Notes: a model not told the origin generated them from the letters alone. A stretch of 64,000 nucleotides of DNA from Candidatus Rokuibacteriota bacterium (GCA_003220225.1 QHRU01000038.1:30971-94970); one strand, 5' to 3'; shown: positions 33,198 through 43,412, counted from the stretch's first letter. A program made the numbers and translations.

Positions 33198-33806
33198 GTG
33201 GGTCATCGCCCCGCTGTCTTCATCGACCGCGACGGGACGCTCACGGAAGAGGTCGGGTACGTGAACCATCCATCTCGCCTCCGGCTCCTGCCGCGCTCGG
33301 CCGAGGCCATTCGCTGCCTCAACGCCGCCGGTGTCGCCGCCGTCGTCGTGACCAATCAGGCGGGCATCGCGCGCGGCTACTTCTCCGCCGAGGTGCTGCG
33401 CGCCACCAACGACGCGCTCGTGGCCCAGCTCGAGGACGCGGGCGCGCACCTCGACGGAATCTACGTGTGCCCGCATCACCCGACCGAGGGCGTGCCGCCC
33501 TATCGCGTGGTGTGCGACTGCCGCAAGCCGGCGCCTGGACTCCTCGAGCGCGCCGCGGCCGAGCTCGACCTCGATCTCGCGGCCTCGACGATGGTGGGGG
33601 ACAAGGCGAGCGACCTCGTGCCCGCGCGCAGCGTCGGCGCCGGTGCCGTGCTCGTGCTGACCGGCTACGGTCTCGGCGAGTGGGAGTACCGCCGCGAGGA
33701 TTTCGGCCTGGCGCCGGACCACGTGGCCGGTGACCTGCTCGACGCCGTCGAGTGGGTACTCGCCCGGCGGCCGGCCGCGGCCTCCCGCACGGGGCCGCGG
33801 CGATGA
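33198..33806 (+). CDS. gmhB: D-glycero-D-manno-heptose 1,7-bisphosphate phosphatase
   Basis: DRDGT, VTNQAGIARG, CPHHP..CDCRKP, MVGDK. Confidence 0.94.
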   Translation: MGHRPAVFIDRDGTLTEEVGYVNHPSRLRLLPRSAEAIRCLNAAGVAAVVVTNQAGIARGYFSAEVLRATNDALVAQLEDAGAHLDGIYVCPHHPTEGVPPYRVVCDCRKPAPGLLERAAAELDLDLAASTMVGDKASDLVPARSVGAGAVLVLTGYGLGEWEYRREDFGLAPDHVAGDLLDAVEWVLARRPAAASRTGPRR

Positions 33807-34840
33807 CCGGGGGCGGCGTGAACGCACGGCTGCGCGGCCTCGTCGACGGCTTCGCGGGCAAGACGCTCGTCGTGGTCGGCGACCTGATCAGCGACGAGTA
33901 CCTCTACGGCAAGCCCGCGCGCATCTCGCGCGAGGCGCCGGTGCTGATCCTGCGCTTCACCGAGCGTGAGGTGAGCCTCGGCGGCGCCGCCAACGCCGCC
34001 CACAACGTCCACGATCTCGGCGCGCGCGTGGTGCCGGTGGGCGTCGTCGGCAAGGACGTCGCCGGCGACGAGCTGCTCGCCCTCTTCCGCGGCGCGGGCA
34101 TTCCGACCGACGGCATCCTCCCCGAGACCGGCCGCGTCACGCCGGTGAAGACGCGCATCATGGCCGGCGGCTACCAGGCCACACGCCAGCAGGTCGTGCG
34201 GCTCGATCGCGAGCCCTCACACGAGCCGCAGCCGATCACCGAGGACTTGCTGCTGACTCGCCTGACCTCCCTGGCCGCCCGCGCCGACGCCATCCTCGTC
34301 TCCGACTATGGCTACGGCACCGTCACCCCGCGCGTCTTCGACCGGATCCGCGCCATCGCGCGTCGCACCGGCGCCGTCCTGACCGTCGACAGCCGGTACA
34401 GCCTCCTGCGCTTCACCGGGGTGACGGCGGCGACACCGAACGAGGCCGAGCTGGCGCAGCTGGCCGGCGCCCTCACCGACGGCGAGCGCGAGGTCGAGAA
34501 GGCAGGCCGCCAGCTCCTCGAGCGGCTCGACGCGCGCTTCCTCCTCGTCACGCGCGGCAGCCGCGGGATGGCCCTGCTCGAGCGCGACGGCGCGACCACG
34601 TTCATCCCCGTCCACGGCACCGACGAGATCGCCGACGTCACCGGCGCCGGCGACACCGTCATCAGCGCCTTCACGCTGGCGCTGGCCTGCGGCGCGCCGG
34701 CGCTGGAGGCCGCGACGCTCGCCAACGTGGCCGGTGGCATCGTGGTCATGAAGCGCGGCACGGCCACCGTCACCGCCACGGAGCTGCGCCAGTCGCTCGG
34801 TGGCAGTGCGAGTGGCGGTGCGAGTGGCAGTGCGAGCTGA
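33803..34840 (+). CDS. hldA: Heptose 7-phosphate kinase (HldA/RfaE domain I)
   Basis: RISREAPV, GGAANAA, SDYG, TPNE, DVTGAGDTV. Confidence 0.9.
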   Translation: MTGGGVNARLRGLVDGFAGKTLVVVGDLISDEYLYGKPARISREAPVLILRFTEREVSLGGAANAAHNVHDLGARVVPVGVVGKDVAGDELLALFRGAGIPTDGILPETGRVTPVKTRIMAGGYQATRQQVVRLDREPSHEPQPITEDLLLTRLTSLAARADAILVSDYGYGTVTPRVFDRIRAIARRTGAVLTVDSRYSLLRFTGVTAATPNEAELAQLAGALTDGEREVEKAGRQLLERLDARFLLVTRGSRGMALLERDGATTFIPVHGTDEIADVTGAGDTVISAFTLALACGAPALEAATLANVAGGIVVMKRGTATVTATELRQSLGGSASGGASGSAS

Positions 34841-34968
34841 GCAGCGCCGCGCTGCGAGCCGAGCGTGGCGGTGCGAGGTGAGCAGCGCCCCGCTGCGAGC
34901 CGAGCGGTGAAATGATCGTGGCGGTGCGAGGTGAGCAGCGCCCGGCTGCGAGCCGAGCGGTGAAATGA
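34801..34968 (+). repeat. Compound tandem repeat (3x12-bp TGGCRGTGCGAG plus about 53-bp units); family B-related
   Basis: TGGCGGTGCGAGGTGAGCAGCGCCC..GCTGCGAGCCGAGCGGTGAAATGA at 34866 and 34919, partial copy at 34825. Confidence 0.9.
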
Positions 34969-35438
34969 CCTTGAAGGAGGCGGGAGCTCTCTCTGCTCGC
35001 CTCCGTGCCGAAGGCAAGCGCATCGTTCTCGCCAACGGCTGCTTCGACCTCCTGCACGTCGGCCACGTCCGCTATCTCGAGGCCGCGCGCGCGCTCGGCG
35101 ACGTCCTCTTCGTCGGCATCAACGGCGACGCGGCGGTGGCGCGGCTCAAGGGAGCCGGGCGGCCGCTGATGCCGGCCGCCGAGCGCACGGAGGTGCTCGC
35201 CGCGCTGCGCGCGGTGGACCACGTGGTCGTGTTCGACGAGGACACCGCCGACGCCCTCGTGGCGGCCATCCGTCCGGCCATCCACGCCAAGGGCACCGAC
35301 TACACGCCCGAGACCGTGCCCGAGCGCGACACGGTGCGCGCCCACGGCGGCCGGGTCGTCATCGTCGGCGACCCGAAGGACCACGCGACGCGCGACGCCA
35401 TCCAGACGATCGTGGAACGGTTCGCGCGTGCCCGCTGA
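34965..35438 (+). CDS. hldC: Heptose 1-phosphate adenylyltransferase (HldC/RfaE domain II)
   Basis: [25 protein letters not shown]. Confidence 0.9.
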   Translation: MTLKEAGALSARLRAEGKRIVLANGCFDLLHVGHVRYLEAARALGDVLFVGINGDAAVARLKGAGRPLMPAAERTEVLAALRAVDHVVVFDEDTADALVAAIRPAIHAKGTDYTPETVPERDTVRAHGGRVVIVGDPKDHATRDAIQTIVERFARAR

Positions 35439-36453
35439 GCCGCGCGCGGTCGCCCTCGTCAAGCTCTCGTCGCTGGGCGACGTGGTCCACGCGCTGCCCG
35501 TGGCCGAGGCGCTGGCGGCCGCCTTCCCGCGCGCGCGGCTGGTCTGGATCGTCGAGCGGCGCGAGGCGGCGCTGCTGCGCGATCACCCGGCGCTCGACGA
35601 GGTGATCGACGTCGACACGCGCGCCTGGCGCTCGGCGCGCACGCCCCGGCAGGTGGCCGAGGTCGTGCGCGGCCTCGTCGTGCTGCGCCGGCGCCTGCGC
35701 GCGGCGCGGTTCGACGTGGCGATCGACCTGCAGGGGCTCGTGAAATCCGGCGCTGTCACTCGGGCCACGGGCGCGCCGCTGCGCATCGGCTTCGCCGCCG
35801 GCTGGAGCCGTGAGCGGCTCAACGCGCTCTTCACGACCCGGCGCGTGACGCCGCCGCTCGAGGCGCGCCACGTGGTGGACCAGTACCTGGCGCTGCTGGC
35901 GCCGCTGGGCGTCGCGGTGTCTCCGGGGCGCGCGCGGTTTCGGCTTGCGACTCGCGCGGCCGCGGAGCTGCGCATCGACGATTTCTTCGTGGGCGTCGGC
36001 CTCAAGCCGCGGCACCGTCTGGTCGTGCTGAACCCGGGCGCCGGCCGCACGAACAAGCGTTGGCCGGTGGCGCGGTTCCGCGCGCTGGCCGAGCGGCTGT
36101 GTCACGAGGCCGGCGCGCAGGTGCTCGTGCTCTGGGGCCCGAGCGAGCGCGACGCCGCGCGCGCCATCGTGGACATCCCGGTGCCGCGCCCGGCGCTCGC
36201 GCCGCCCACCGATCTCGACGAGCTGGCCGCGGTCACGCGCCGGGCGTCGGTGATGGTGGCCGGTGACACGGGCCCGCTGCACCTCGCGGCCGCCGTCGGC
36301 ACGCCGTGCGTGGGCCTCTACGGGCCGACCTCCGCGGCGCGCAACGGGCCGTACGGCGCCGGCCACCGTGTCCTCGCGGCGCCCGACGGCCGGATGGCGT
36401 CCATCGACGTGCCGCCCGTCCTCGAGGCCGTCCTCGAGGTGCTCGGCCGGTGA
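35428..36453 (+). CDS. waaC: LPS heptosyltransferase I (GT9)
   Basis: [37 protein letters not shown]. Confidence 0.92.
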   Translation: MPAEPRAVALVKLSSLGDVVHALPVAEALAAAFPRARLVWIVERREAALLRDHPALDEVIDVDTRAWRSARTPRQVAEVVRGLVVLRRRLRAARFDVAIDLQGLVKSGAVTRATGAPLRIGFAAGWSRERLNALFTTRRVTPPLEARHVVDQYLALLAPLGVAVSPGRARFRLATRAAAELRIDDFFVGVGLKPRHRLVVLNPGAGRTNKRWPVARFRALAERLCHEAGAQVLVLWGPSERDAARAIVDIPVPRPALAPPTDLDELAAVTRRASVMVAGDTGPLHLAAAVGTPCVGLYGPTSAARNGPYGAGHRVLAAPDGRMASIDVPPVLEAVLEVLGR

Positions 36454-37205
36454 CGCCCCGGCCCCGCCTGTCGGTGGTGGTCGTCACGCGCGACGAGGAG
36501 GAGCGGCTGCGCGCGTGTCTGGAGTCGGTGGCGTGGGCCGACGAGATCGTGGTCGTGGACGCCGAGTCCGAGGACAAGACGGTCACGATCGCGCGGGAGT
36601 TCACCGACCGCGTCGTCGTCCGCCCGTGGCCGGGCTACGCCGCGCAGAAGAACGCCGCGCTCGACCTGGCCACCGGAGACTGGGCGCTGTCGCTCGACGC
36701 CGACGAGGTCGTCTCACCGGAGCTGCGGTCCGAGATCGCCGGGGTCCTCGCCTCCGATGGTCCCGCCGACGGTTACGCCGTGCCCCGGCGCAACATCTTC
36801 TGGGGGCGCTGGGTCCGCCACGGCGGGCTTTATCCCGACTGGCAGGTCCGCCTCTTCCGCCGCGGCCGCGGACGGTTCGTGCCGCGCGCGGTCCACGAGT
36901 CGGTGAGCGTGGATGGCCGCGTCGAGCGGCTGGTCGGTCACCTCGAGCACCGCTCCTATCGCGACGTCAGCGACTTCCTGGCGCGCGCCGACCGCTACTC
37001 CACGCTCGCCGCCGACGAAGCCGTGGCTCAGGGACGGGGCGCGCGCGTCGGCGACCTCCTGCTGCGGCCGCTCGGGCGCTTCCTGGCCATGTACGTCGTG
37101 GGGCGCGGCTTCCTCGACGGCTGGAGGGGGTTCCTTCTGGCCACCCTCTATGCGTACTATGTGCTGATTCGGGCGGCGAAGATCTGGGAGAGGACCAAGG
37201 GGTGA
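36450..37205 (+). CDS. Glycosyltransferase family 2 (KdtX/LgtF-like beta-1,4-glucosyltransferase)
   Basis: CLESV.WADEIVVVD, QKN, LDADE, YPD, VHE, GFLDG. Confidence 0.9.
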   Translation: MTPRPRLSVVVVTRDEEERLRACLESVAWADEIVVVDAESEDKTVTIAREFTDRVVVRPWPGYAAQKNAALDLATGDWALSLDADEVVSPELRSEIAGVLASDGPADGYAVPRRNIFWGRWVRHGGLYPDWQVRLFRRGRGRFVPRAVHESVSVDGRVERLVGHLEHRSYRDVSDFLARADRYSTLAADEAVAQGRGARVGDLLLRPLGRFLAMYVVGRGFLDGWRGFLLATLYAYYVLIRAAKIWERTKG

Positions 37206-38194
37206 TGGCGGCGGCCAAAGAGCGCGTGCTGTCGGGGATGCGACCGAGCGGACGGCTGCACCTGGGGAACTACCTGGGGGCCCTGGCCAACTGGGTCAAG
37301 CTCCAGGACTCCTACGACTGCTTCTACTTCTCCGCCGACTGGCACCTGCTGACCGACCGCCTGGAGACGTCCCAGGTCCCCCAGCACACCATCGAGATGG
37401 CCGCGGACTGGCTGGGCGCCGGGCTGGATCCCGCGCGCTCGACGCTGTTCATCCAGTCGCTGATTCCCGAGCACGCGGAGCTGCACCTGCTGTTCTCGAT
37501 GGTGACGCCGGTGTCCTGGCTCGAGCGCGTGCCGACCTATCGCGAGCGGATCGAGCAGCAGGAGATCACCTCGCCGTCATACGGCCTGCTCGGCTATCCG
37601 CTGCTGCAGGCGGCGGACATCCTCATGTACAAGCCGAGGTGGGTCCCCGTGGGCATCGACCAGGCGCCGCACGTCGAGCTCACGCGCGAGGTCGCGCGCC
37701 GGTTCAACAACGCGTTCGGCGAGGTCTTCCCCGAGCCCGACGTCAAGCTGACGGAGATTCCCAAGGTCCCGGGCACCGACGGCCGCAAGATGTCGAAGTC
37801 CTACGGCAACGACATCGAGCTGGCCGACCCGCCGGAGACGATCCGCGCCAAGGTGCGCCCGATGATGACGGACCCCGCGCGCAAGCGCCGCACGGATCCG
37901 GGGAACCCGGACGTGTGCCCGGTGTTCGACCTGCACAAGATCTTCACGCCGGAGGCCGACCTGCAGTTCGTCGCCAACGGCTGCCGCACCGCCGGCATCG
38001 GGTGTCTCGACTGCAAGGACGTGCTGCTCAAGCACATGGTGCCGCCGCTCGAGAAGATCCGCGAGCGGCGCCAGCAGTTCGTGGAGAAACCGGATAGGAT
38101 CGTGGAGATCCTGCACGAGGGAAGTCGCCGCGCGCGGGCGGTGGCGGGCCGAACGATGGAGGAGGTCAGGGCGGCGGTGCATCTGACTCCATGA
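37205..38194 (+). CDS. trpS: Tryptophan--tRNA ligase
   Basis: SGMRPSGRLHLGNY, YPLLQAADIL, VPVGIDQ, KMSKS. Confidence 0.97.
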   Translation: MAAAKERVLSGMRPSGRLHLGNYLGALANWVKLQDSYDCFYFSADWHLLTDRLETSQVPQHTIEMAADWLGAGLDPARSTLFIQSLIPEHAELHLLFSMVTPVSWLERVPTYRERIEQQEITSPSYGLLGYPLLQAADILMYKPRWVPVGIDQAPHVELTREVARRFNNAFGEVFPEPDVKLTEIPKVPGTDGRKMSKSYGNDIELADPPETIRAKVRPMMTDPARKRRTDPGNPDVCPVFDLHKIFTPEADLQFVANGCRTAGIGCLDCKDVLLKHMVPPLEKIRERRQQFVEKPDRIVEILHEGSRRARAVAGRTMEEVRAAVHLTP

Positions 38195-38274
38195 TGGCAG
38201 TGCGAGCCGCAGCCCGCATCAGGAGCCGCAGCCGTAGGCGAGGCGACGCTGTGAGAAGCGAGGCGAGTCTGTGA
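38195..38274 (+). repeat. Family B junction element (copy 2)
   Basis: TGGCAGTGCGAGCC..AGGAGCCGCAGCCGTAGGCGAGGCGACGCTGTGA..GCGAGGCGAGTCTGTGA. Confidence 0.85.
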
Positions 38275-39029
38275 CTGACACCGAGCTCAGGCTTCGCGTC
38301 GGCACCTTCGAAGGCCCGTTCGACCTGCTGCTTCATCTCTGCCGCACCAACGAGATCGACCTCGCCGCGCTGCCCGTGCGCCCGATCACCGACCAGTACC
38401 TGGCGCACCTGGAGGCGATGGAATTCCGTGACCTCGAGATGGCGGGCGCGTATCTCGTGATGGCGGCCACCCTCATCTATCTGAAGTCCAAGCTGCTCGT
38501 CCCGCCCGACGAGAGCGAGGAGCAGCTCGACGACGAGGGCCTGCTGCTCAAGCAGGAGCTGGAGGACCGCCTGCGTGAGTACGCGCGCGTGAAGATGGAA
38601 GGCGCCTGGCTCGCCGCCCGCGAGGCGGAGATGGCGCTCATCTGGGGCCGGCCCGGGGCCGCGCTGCCCAGCGTCGAGGACCTTCCGCTCGAGGACCTGA
38701 GCGTGGACTGGCTCGCGCGGATGCTGAGCAAGCTCATCGAGGAGCAGCGGCGCAACCGGCCGCGGGAGATCGAGCCCAACCCGCCGTCCGTGCTGGAGCG
38801 CATGACCGAGATCCTCTCGGTGCTGCGCGACACGTGGTCGCTCCTGTTCAGCTCGCTCACGGGCGGCGAGCGCAAACGCTCGGAGATCGTGGTGACGCTG
38901 CTCGCGGTGCTGGAGCTGGTGCGCCAGGGCCGCATCAAGACGCAGCAGACGGAGCTGTTCGGGGAGATCGTCATCGAACGTCAGGCCGCGCGGGCCGACG
39001 GGGAGGCGCCGAGTGCCCAAGCCGATTGA
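38271..39029 (+). CDS. scpA: Segregation and condensation protein A
   Basis: FEGPFDLLLHL, LVMAATLIYLKSKLL, LLAVLEL..Q..LFGEI. Confidence 0.95.
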   Translation: MTDTELRLRVGTFEGPFDLLLHLCRTNEIDLAALPVRPITDQYLAHLEAMEFRDLEMAGAYLVMAATLIYLKSKLLVPPDESEEQLDDEGLLLKQELEDRLREYARVKMEGAWLAAREAEMALIWGRPGAALPSVEDLPLEDLSVDWLARMLSKLIEEQRRNRPREIEPNPPSVLERMTEILSVLRDTWSLLFSSLTGGERKRSEIVVTLLAVLELVRQGRIKTQQTELFGEIVIERQAARADGEAPSAQAD

Positions 39030-39624
39030 CGTGGTGGAAGCCCTGCTGTTCGCGTCAGACGCGCCGCTCGAGGCGGAGCGCATCCGCGACGTCCTGGACC
39101 TCGAGAACGTCGCGGCCGCCCGCGCGCTGGTCGGCGAGCTGGTCGCGCGCTACGAGGCGGAGGAGCGCGGGCTGGCGATCATGGAGGTCGGCGGCGGCTG
39201 GCGGATGGTCACGCGGCCCGAGCTGGCGCCCTGGCTGGTGCGGCTGGCGCGCGCGCGGACGCGCGTGCGGCTCTCGCGGCCGGCGCTGGAGACGCTGGCC
39301 ATCGTCGCCTACAAGCAGCCGGTGTCGCGTCCCGAGATCGACGCCGTGCGCGGGGTGAACTCGGAGGCCACGCTCGACAATCTGCTGGAGCGGCGGCTGA
39401 TCCGCATCGCGGGGCGCAAGGAGGCGCCGGGCCGGCCGTTCGTGTACGAGACGACGCGCGAGTTCCTCGTCGCCTTTGGCCTGCGTGACCCCGGCGACCT
39501 GCCGAAGATCGAGGGCGAGCTCGTGATCCCCGAGCTCGCGGCGGAGGCGGCGACGGCCGATGGCGAAGCTCAGGCTCAACAAGATCCTGGCGCAGGCGGG
39601 GCTCAGCAGCCGGCGGGGAGCTGA
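39013..39624 (+). CDS. scpB: Segregation and condensation protein B
   Basis: VEALLFAS, LSRPALETLAIVAYKQPV, RGVNS, PGRP..TT..FL. Confidence 0.95.
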   Translation: MPKPIDVVEALLFASDAPLEAERIRDVLDLENVAAARALVGELVARYEAEERGLAIMEVGGGWRMVTRPELAPWLVRLARARTRVRLSRPALETLAIVAYKQPVSRPEIDAVRGVNSEATLDNLLERRLIRIAGRKEAPGRPFVYETTREFLVAFGLRDPGDLPKIEGELVIPELAAEAATADGEAQAQQDPGAGGAQQPAGS

Positions 39625-40300
39625 CCGGCTCATCGCCGACGGCCGCGTCGCCATCAACGGCGCCGTGTCCCGCGAGCTCGGCACGCTGGCCGATCCCGAG
39701 CGCGACGTCGTCACCGTCGACGGCCGTCCGCTGCCGCGCGCGGAGACCAAGCAGTACCTCGTCCTGCACAAGCCCGCCGGGTACGTGACTTCGGTCAAGG
39801 ATCCGCGCGGTCGCCCAGTCGTCGCCGACCTCGTCAGCGACGTCGACGCGCGGCTCTATCCCGTCGGCCGCCTCGACTGGGACGTCGAAGGCGCGCTGCT
39901 GATGACCAACGACGGCGCGCTGACCCACCGGCTGCTCCATCCGCGCTACGGCCTGCCGCGGGTATACGAGGCGGACGTCGAGGGCCGCGTGGCGCCGGGC
40001 GCGCTCGAGCGCTGGCGGCGCGGCGTCGTGCTGGACGACGGGCCGGCGCGGCCGCTGGAGGTCGAGCTGCTGCACGGCGGCCGTGACGGGACGCTCGTGC
40101 GTCTGACGTTCGCCGAGGGCCGCAAGCACGAGGTCAAGCGCTACTGCGCGGCCCTGGGACATCGCGTGCGGCGGCTGCGCCGGGTGGCCTTCGGGCCGGT
40201 GCGGCTCGGCGACCTGCCGCGCGGCCGCTACCGGCGGCTCACGCCGCGCGAGGTTTCGGCGCTGCGGGCGGCCGCCGAAGGGACGTCCCCGGCCCGTTAA
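39560..40300 (+). CDS. rluB: Pseudouridine synthase RluB/RsuA family
   Basis: RLNKILAQAG.SSRR S4 domain, HKPAG, PVGRLD, EGRKHEVKR; scpAB-rluB synteny. Confidence 0.9.
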   Translation: MAKLRLNKILAQAGLSSRRGADRLIADGRVAINGAVSRELGTLADPERDVVTVDGRPLPRAETKQYLVLHKPAGYVTSVKDPRGRPVVADLVSDVDARLYPVGRLDWDVEGALLMTNDGALTHRLLHPRYGLPRVYEADVEGRVAPGALERWRRGVVLDDGPARPLEVELLHGGRDGTLVRLTFAEGRKHEVKRYCAALGHRVRRLRRVAFGPVRLGDLPRGRYRRLTPREVSALRAAAEGTSPAR

Positions 40301-40301
40301 C

Positions 40302-40330
40302 TTGCCCACCCGGGAGCGTTGGCCTATAAT
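40302..40330 (+). promoter_or_regulatory. Sigma70 promoter upstream of pheA (TTGCCC-17-TATAAT)
   Basis: Perfect -10 consensus and 17-nt spacer. Confidence 0.7.
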
Positions 40331-40368
40331 CCCGCTATTCTCGAGCGTACTCGTGGGCAGGTGTTCCT

Positions 40369-41445
40369 ATGGACCTGGCCGACTGGCGGTCCAGGATCAA
40401 CGATCTCGACAACCAAATCCTCAACCTCCTCAACCAACGCGCCGAGGCCGCCCTTCAGATCGGCCACCTCAAACGACGGCAGGGGACGCCGTCGTATGTT
40501 CCGGAGCGGGAAGCTGAGATCTTGAGGTCGTTGTCCGCGCAGAACCGCGGACCGCTCACCGCCGACAACCTGGCCGCGATCTGGCGCGAAATTCTGTCCG
40601 CGTCCCGGGCGCTCGAGGGGCCCCTGACCGTCGCGTACTTCGGGCCGCAGGCGACCTTCACCCACCAGGCGGCCATCACGCACTTCGGCGCCGCCGTGCA
40701 CTTCCGCCCCGTGCGCACGATCGTGGACGTCTTCGACGAGGTCGAGCGTGGGCGCGCCGCCTTCGGCGTGGTCCCGGTGGAGAACACCACCGAGGGCGCG
40801 GTCAATGTCACGCTCGACCGCCTGACCGATTCCGAGGCGACGATCTGCGGCGAGCTCTATCTCGAGATCGCGCAGTATCTGTTGTCGCGGGCCTCGGACC
40901 TCTCCGAGGTCAAGCGCGTGCTCTCACACCCCCAGGGGCTCGCGCAGTGCCGCGCCTGGCTGTCCGCCAACCTCCCCGGGGTGGCGACCGAGGAGACGAC
41001 GTCCACCGCGGCGGCCGCCGAGATGGCGGCCAGCGACCCGAGCGTGGCGGCCATCGCGTCCGAGCTGGCCGGCACCCTCTACGGCGTGCCGACGCTGCGC
41101 CCGCACATCGAGGACAACCGCCACAACGCGACGCGCTTCCTCGTCATCGGCTCGGCGGCAGGAGGCCGGCCGGGGAGCGGGCCCAGCGGCCACGACAAGA
41201 CGTCGCTCCTGTTCGCGATGAAGAACGAGCCGGGAGCGCTCTACCGCATCCTCGAGCCGTTCGTGCGGGCGGGCCTGAACCTGAGCAAGATCGAGTCGCG
41301 TCCGGCCAAGAGCCGGGCCTGGGAATACGTGATCTTCGTGGACTTCGAGGGCCATCGCGAGACGCCGGCGGTGGCCGCCGCGCTGCGGGAAATCGGTGAG
41401 CGGACGCTCTACCTGAGGGTCCTGGGCTCGTACCCCGCGGCATAA
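40369..41445 (+). CDS. pheA: Chorismate mutase / prephenate dehydratase
   Basis: N-terminal AroQ domain, PVENTTEG, SHPQ, TRF, IESRP, LGSYP. Confidence 0.96.
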   Translation: MDLADWRSRINDLDNQILNLLNQRAEAALQIGHLKRRQGTPSYVPEREAEILRSLSAQNRGPLTADNLAAIWREILSASRALEGPLTVAYFGPQATFTHQAAITHFGAAVHFRPVRTIVDVFDEVERGRAAFGVVPVENTTEGAVNVTLDRLTDSEATICGELYLEIAQYLLSRASDLSEVKRVLSHPQGLAQCRAWLSANLPGVATEETTSTAAAAEMAASDPSVAAIASELAGTLYGVPTLRPHIEDNRHNATRFLVIGSAAGGRPGSGPSGHDKTSLLFAMKNEPGALYRILEPFVRAGLNLSKIESRPAKSRAWEYVIFVDFEGHRETPAVAAALREIGERTLYLRVLGSYPAA

Positions 41446-41454
41446 GGAGACGGC

Positions 41455-42567
41455 ATGCACACGCAGTGGGAGTCGCTCGCCAACACGCACATCCTCGGCA
41501 TCGCGCCCTACGAGCCCGGCAAGCCGATCGAGGAGACCGAGCGCGAATACGGCGTCCACGACGCGATCAAGCTCGCGTCCAACGAGAACCCGCTCGCGCC
41601 CTCCGAGCGCGTGCAGCGGGCGATCGCCGCGCAGCTCGCCCATCTGAACCGCTACCCCGACGGCAGCGGCTTCTACCTGCGCCAGGCGCTGGCCAAGAAG
41701 CACGGCTTCACGCATGACCAGATCGTCCTCGGCAACGGCAGCAACGAGCTGATCGAGCTGGCGGTGCGCACGTTCCTCAAGCCGGGCGACGAGGCGATCG
41801 TCCCGCACCCGTCGTTCGTCGTCTACCCGATGATCGTGCAGGCGGCGGGCGGCATCCGCGTGATGGTGATGCTGCGCGAGCACCGGCTGGACCTCGAGGC
41901 GATGGCGCGTGCGATCACGCCCATGACGAAGATGGTGTTCGTGGCCAATCCCAACAACCCCACGGCCACCATCGTCACCGCCGACGAGGTCGAGGCCTTC
42001 ATGGCGCGCGTGCCCGAGCGCACGATCGTCATCTTCGACGAGGCCTACATCGAGTTCGCGATGGGCCCCGACTTCCCGGACGCGCTGAACTACATCCGGC
42101 AGGGTCGCAAGGTCATCGTCCTCCGCACCTTCTCGAAGGCGGCCAGCCTGGCCGGCCTGCGCGTGGGGTACGGCATCGCCGACGCCGACGCGATCTCGCT
42201 GATGAACCGCATCCGCCAGCCTTTCAACGTGAACTCGCTCGCCCAGGCGGCCGGCCTCGCCGCGCTGGAGGACGACAACCACGTGCTGGAGTGCGTGCGG
42301 ATGATCGAGGCGGGCCGCCACTTCCTCTACGACGAGTTCAAGGCCCTCGGCATCCGCTACGTGCCCTCGCGCGCCAACTTCATCCTCGTCGACGTCGGCC
42401 GCAGCGCCTCCGACATCTACCAGCGGCTCCTGAAGGAGGGCGTGATCGTGCGCCCGATGACGCCGTTCGGCATGGAGTCCGCGCTGCGCGTCACCGTGGG
42501 CACGCCCCAGGAGAACGGCCGGCTCGTGAAGGCGCTCAAGACGGTGCTGGGGAAGGCGCCCGCGTGA
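41455..42567 (+). CDS. hisC: Histidinol-phosphate aminotransferase
   Basis: KLASNENP, GNGSNE, NPNNPT, DEAY, RTFSKA.SLAGLRVGY. Confidence 0.95.
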   Translation: MHTQWESLANTHILGIAPYEPGKPIEETEREYGVHDAIKLASNENPLAPSERVQRAIAAQLAHLNRYPDGSGFYLRQALAKKHGFTHDQIVLGNGSNELIELAVRTFLKPGDEAIVPHPSFVVYPMIVQAAGGIRVMVMLREHRLDLEAMARAITPMTKMVFVANPNNPTATIVTADEVEAFMARVPERTIVIFDEAYIEFAMGPDFPDALNYIRQGRKVIVLRTFSKAASLAGLRVGYGIADADAISLMNRIRQPFNVNSLAQAAGLAALEDDNHVLECVRMIEAGRHFLYDEFKALGIRYVPSRANFILVDVGRSASDIYQRLLKEGVIVRPMTPFGMESALRVTVGTPQENGRLVKALKTVLGKAPA

Positions 42568-43412
42568 TCGGCCGGCTGGCCGTCGTCGGCGTCGGGCTCC
42601 TGGGCGGCTCGGTCGCCCTGGCCGCGCGCGCGGGTGGGGTGGCGCGCGAGATCGTCGGCGTGGGCCGGGACCGGCGGCGGCTGGAAGGGCCGCTGCGCGC
42701 GGGCGTGGTGGATCGCATCGCCACCGACGTCGAGGCGGGCGTGGACGGCGCCGACTGCGTCGTGCTCGCGGCCACCGTGCTCGCGAACGAGCGCCTGCTG
42801 GAATCGATCTGGGGCCGCGTGCCCGCCGGAGCCCTCGTCACCGATGTCGGCTCCACCAAGCGCGGCATCGTGGCCGTCGCCGAGCGGCTGGGCTCCGGAC
42901 GCCCGCTCGCGTTCCTCGGCAGCCATCCCATGGCCGGCTCGGAGAAGAGCGGCTGGCAGGTCGCGCGGGGCGACCTCTTCCGCGGTGCCACCGTCATCGT
43001 GACGCCGACCGACGCCACGGAGCCGCGCGCGATCAAGGGGGTCACCGCGCTGTGGGAGGCGCTCGGCGCCCGCGTCAGCGCGCTCGATCCCGAGACGCAC
43101 GACCGCACGGTCGCCGCCATCAGCCACCTGCCGCACGTGGCGGCGTGGGCGCTGGTCGACGCCGTCGGGCGCTTCGAGCCCGGCGCGCTCGCGTTCGCCG
43201 CGCGCGGCTTCCGGGACACCACGCGGATCGCCGCCTCCGATCCCCCGATGTGGCGCGACGTCCTGCTCGCCAACGCCGACGCGGTGCGCGCGAGCCTCGG
43301 CGCCTTCCGCGCGGCGCTCGACGAGCTCGAGCGGCTCCTCGCGGCCGGCGACGCCGCGGGTATCGAGGAGCTGCTGGCGCGGTTGAAGGCGACGCGGGAG
43401 GGGCTCGCGTGA
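42564..43412 (+). CDS. tyrA: Prephenate/arogenate dehydrogenase
   Basis: GVGLLGGS, TDVGSTK, HPMAGSE, HD..ISHLPH, FRDTTRIA. Confidence 0.94.
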   Translation: MIGRLAVVGVGLLGGSVALAARAGGVAREIVGVGRDRRRLEGPLRAGVVDRIATDVEAGVDGADCVVLAATVLANERLLESIWGRVPAGALVTDVGSTKRGIVAVAERLGSGRPLAFLGSHPMAGSEKSGWQVARGDLFRGATVIVTPTDATEPRAIKGVTALWEALGARVSALDPETHDRTVAAISHLPHVAAWALVDAVGRFEPGALAFAARGFRDTTRIAASDPPMWRDVLLANADAVRASLGAFRAALDELERLLAAGDAAGIEELLARLKATREGLA

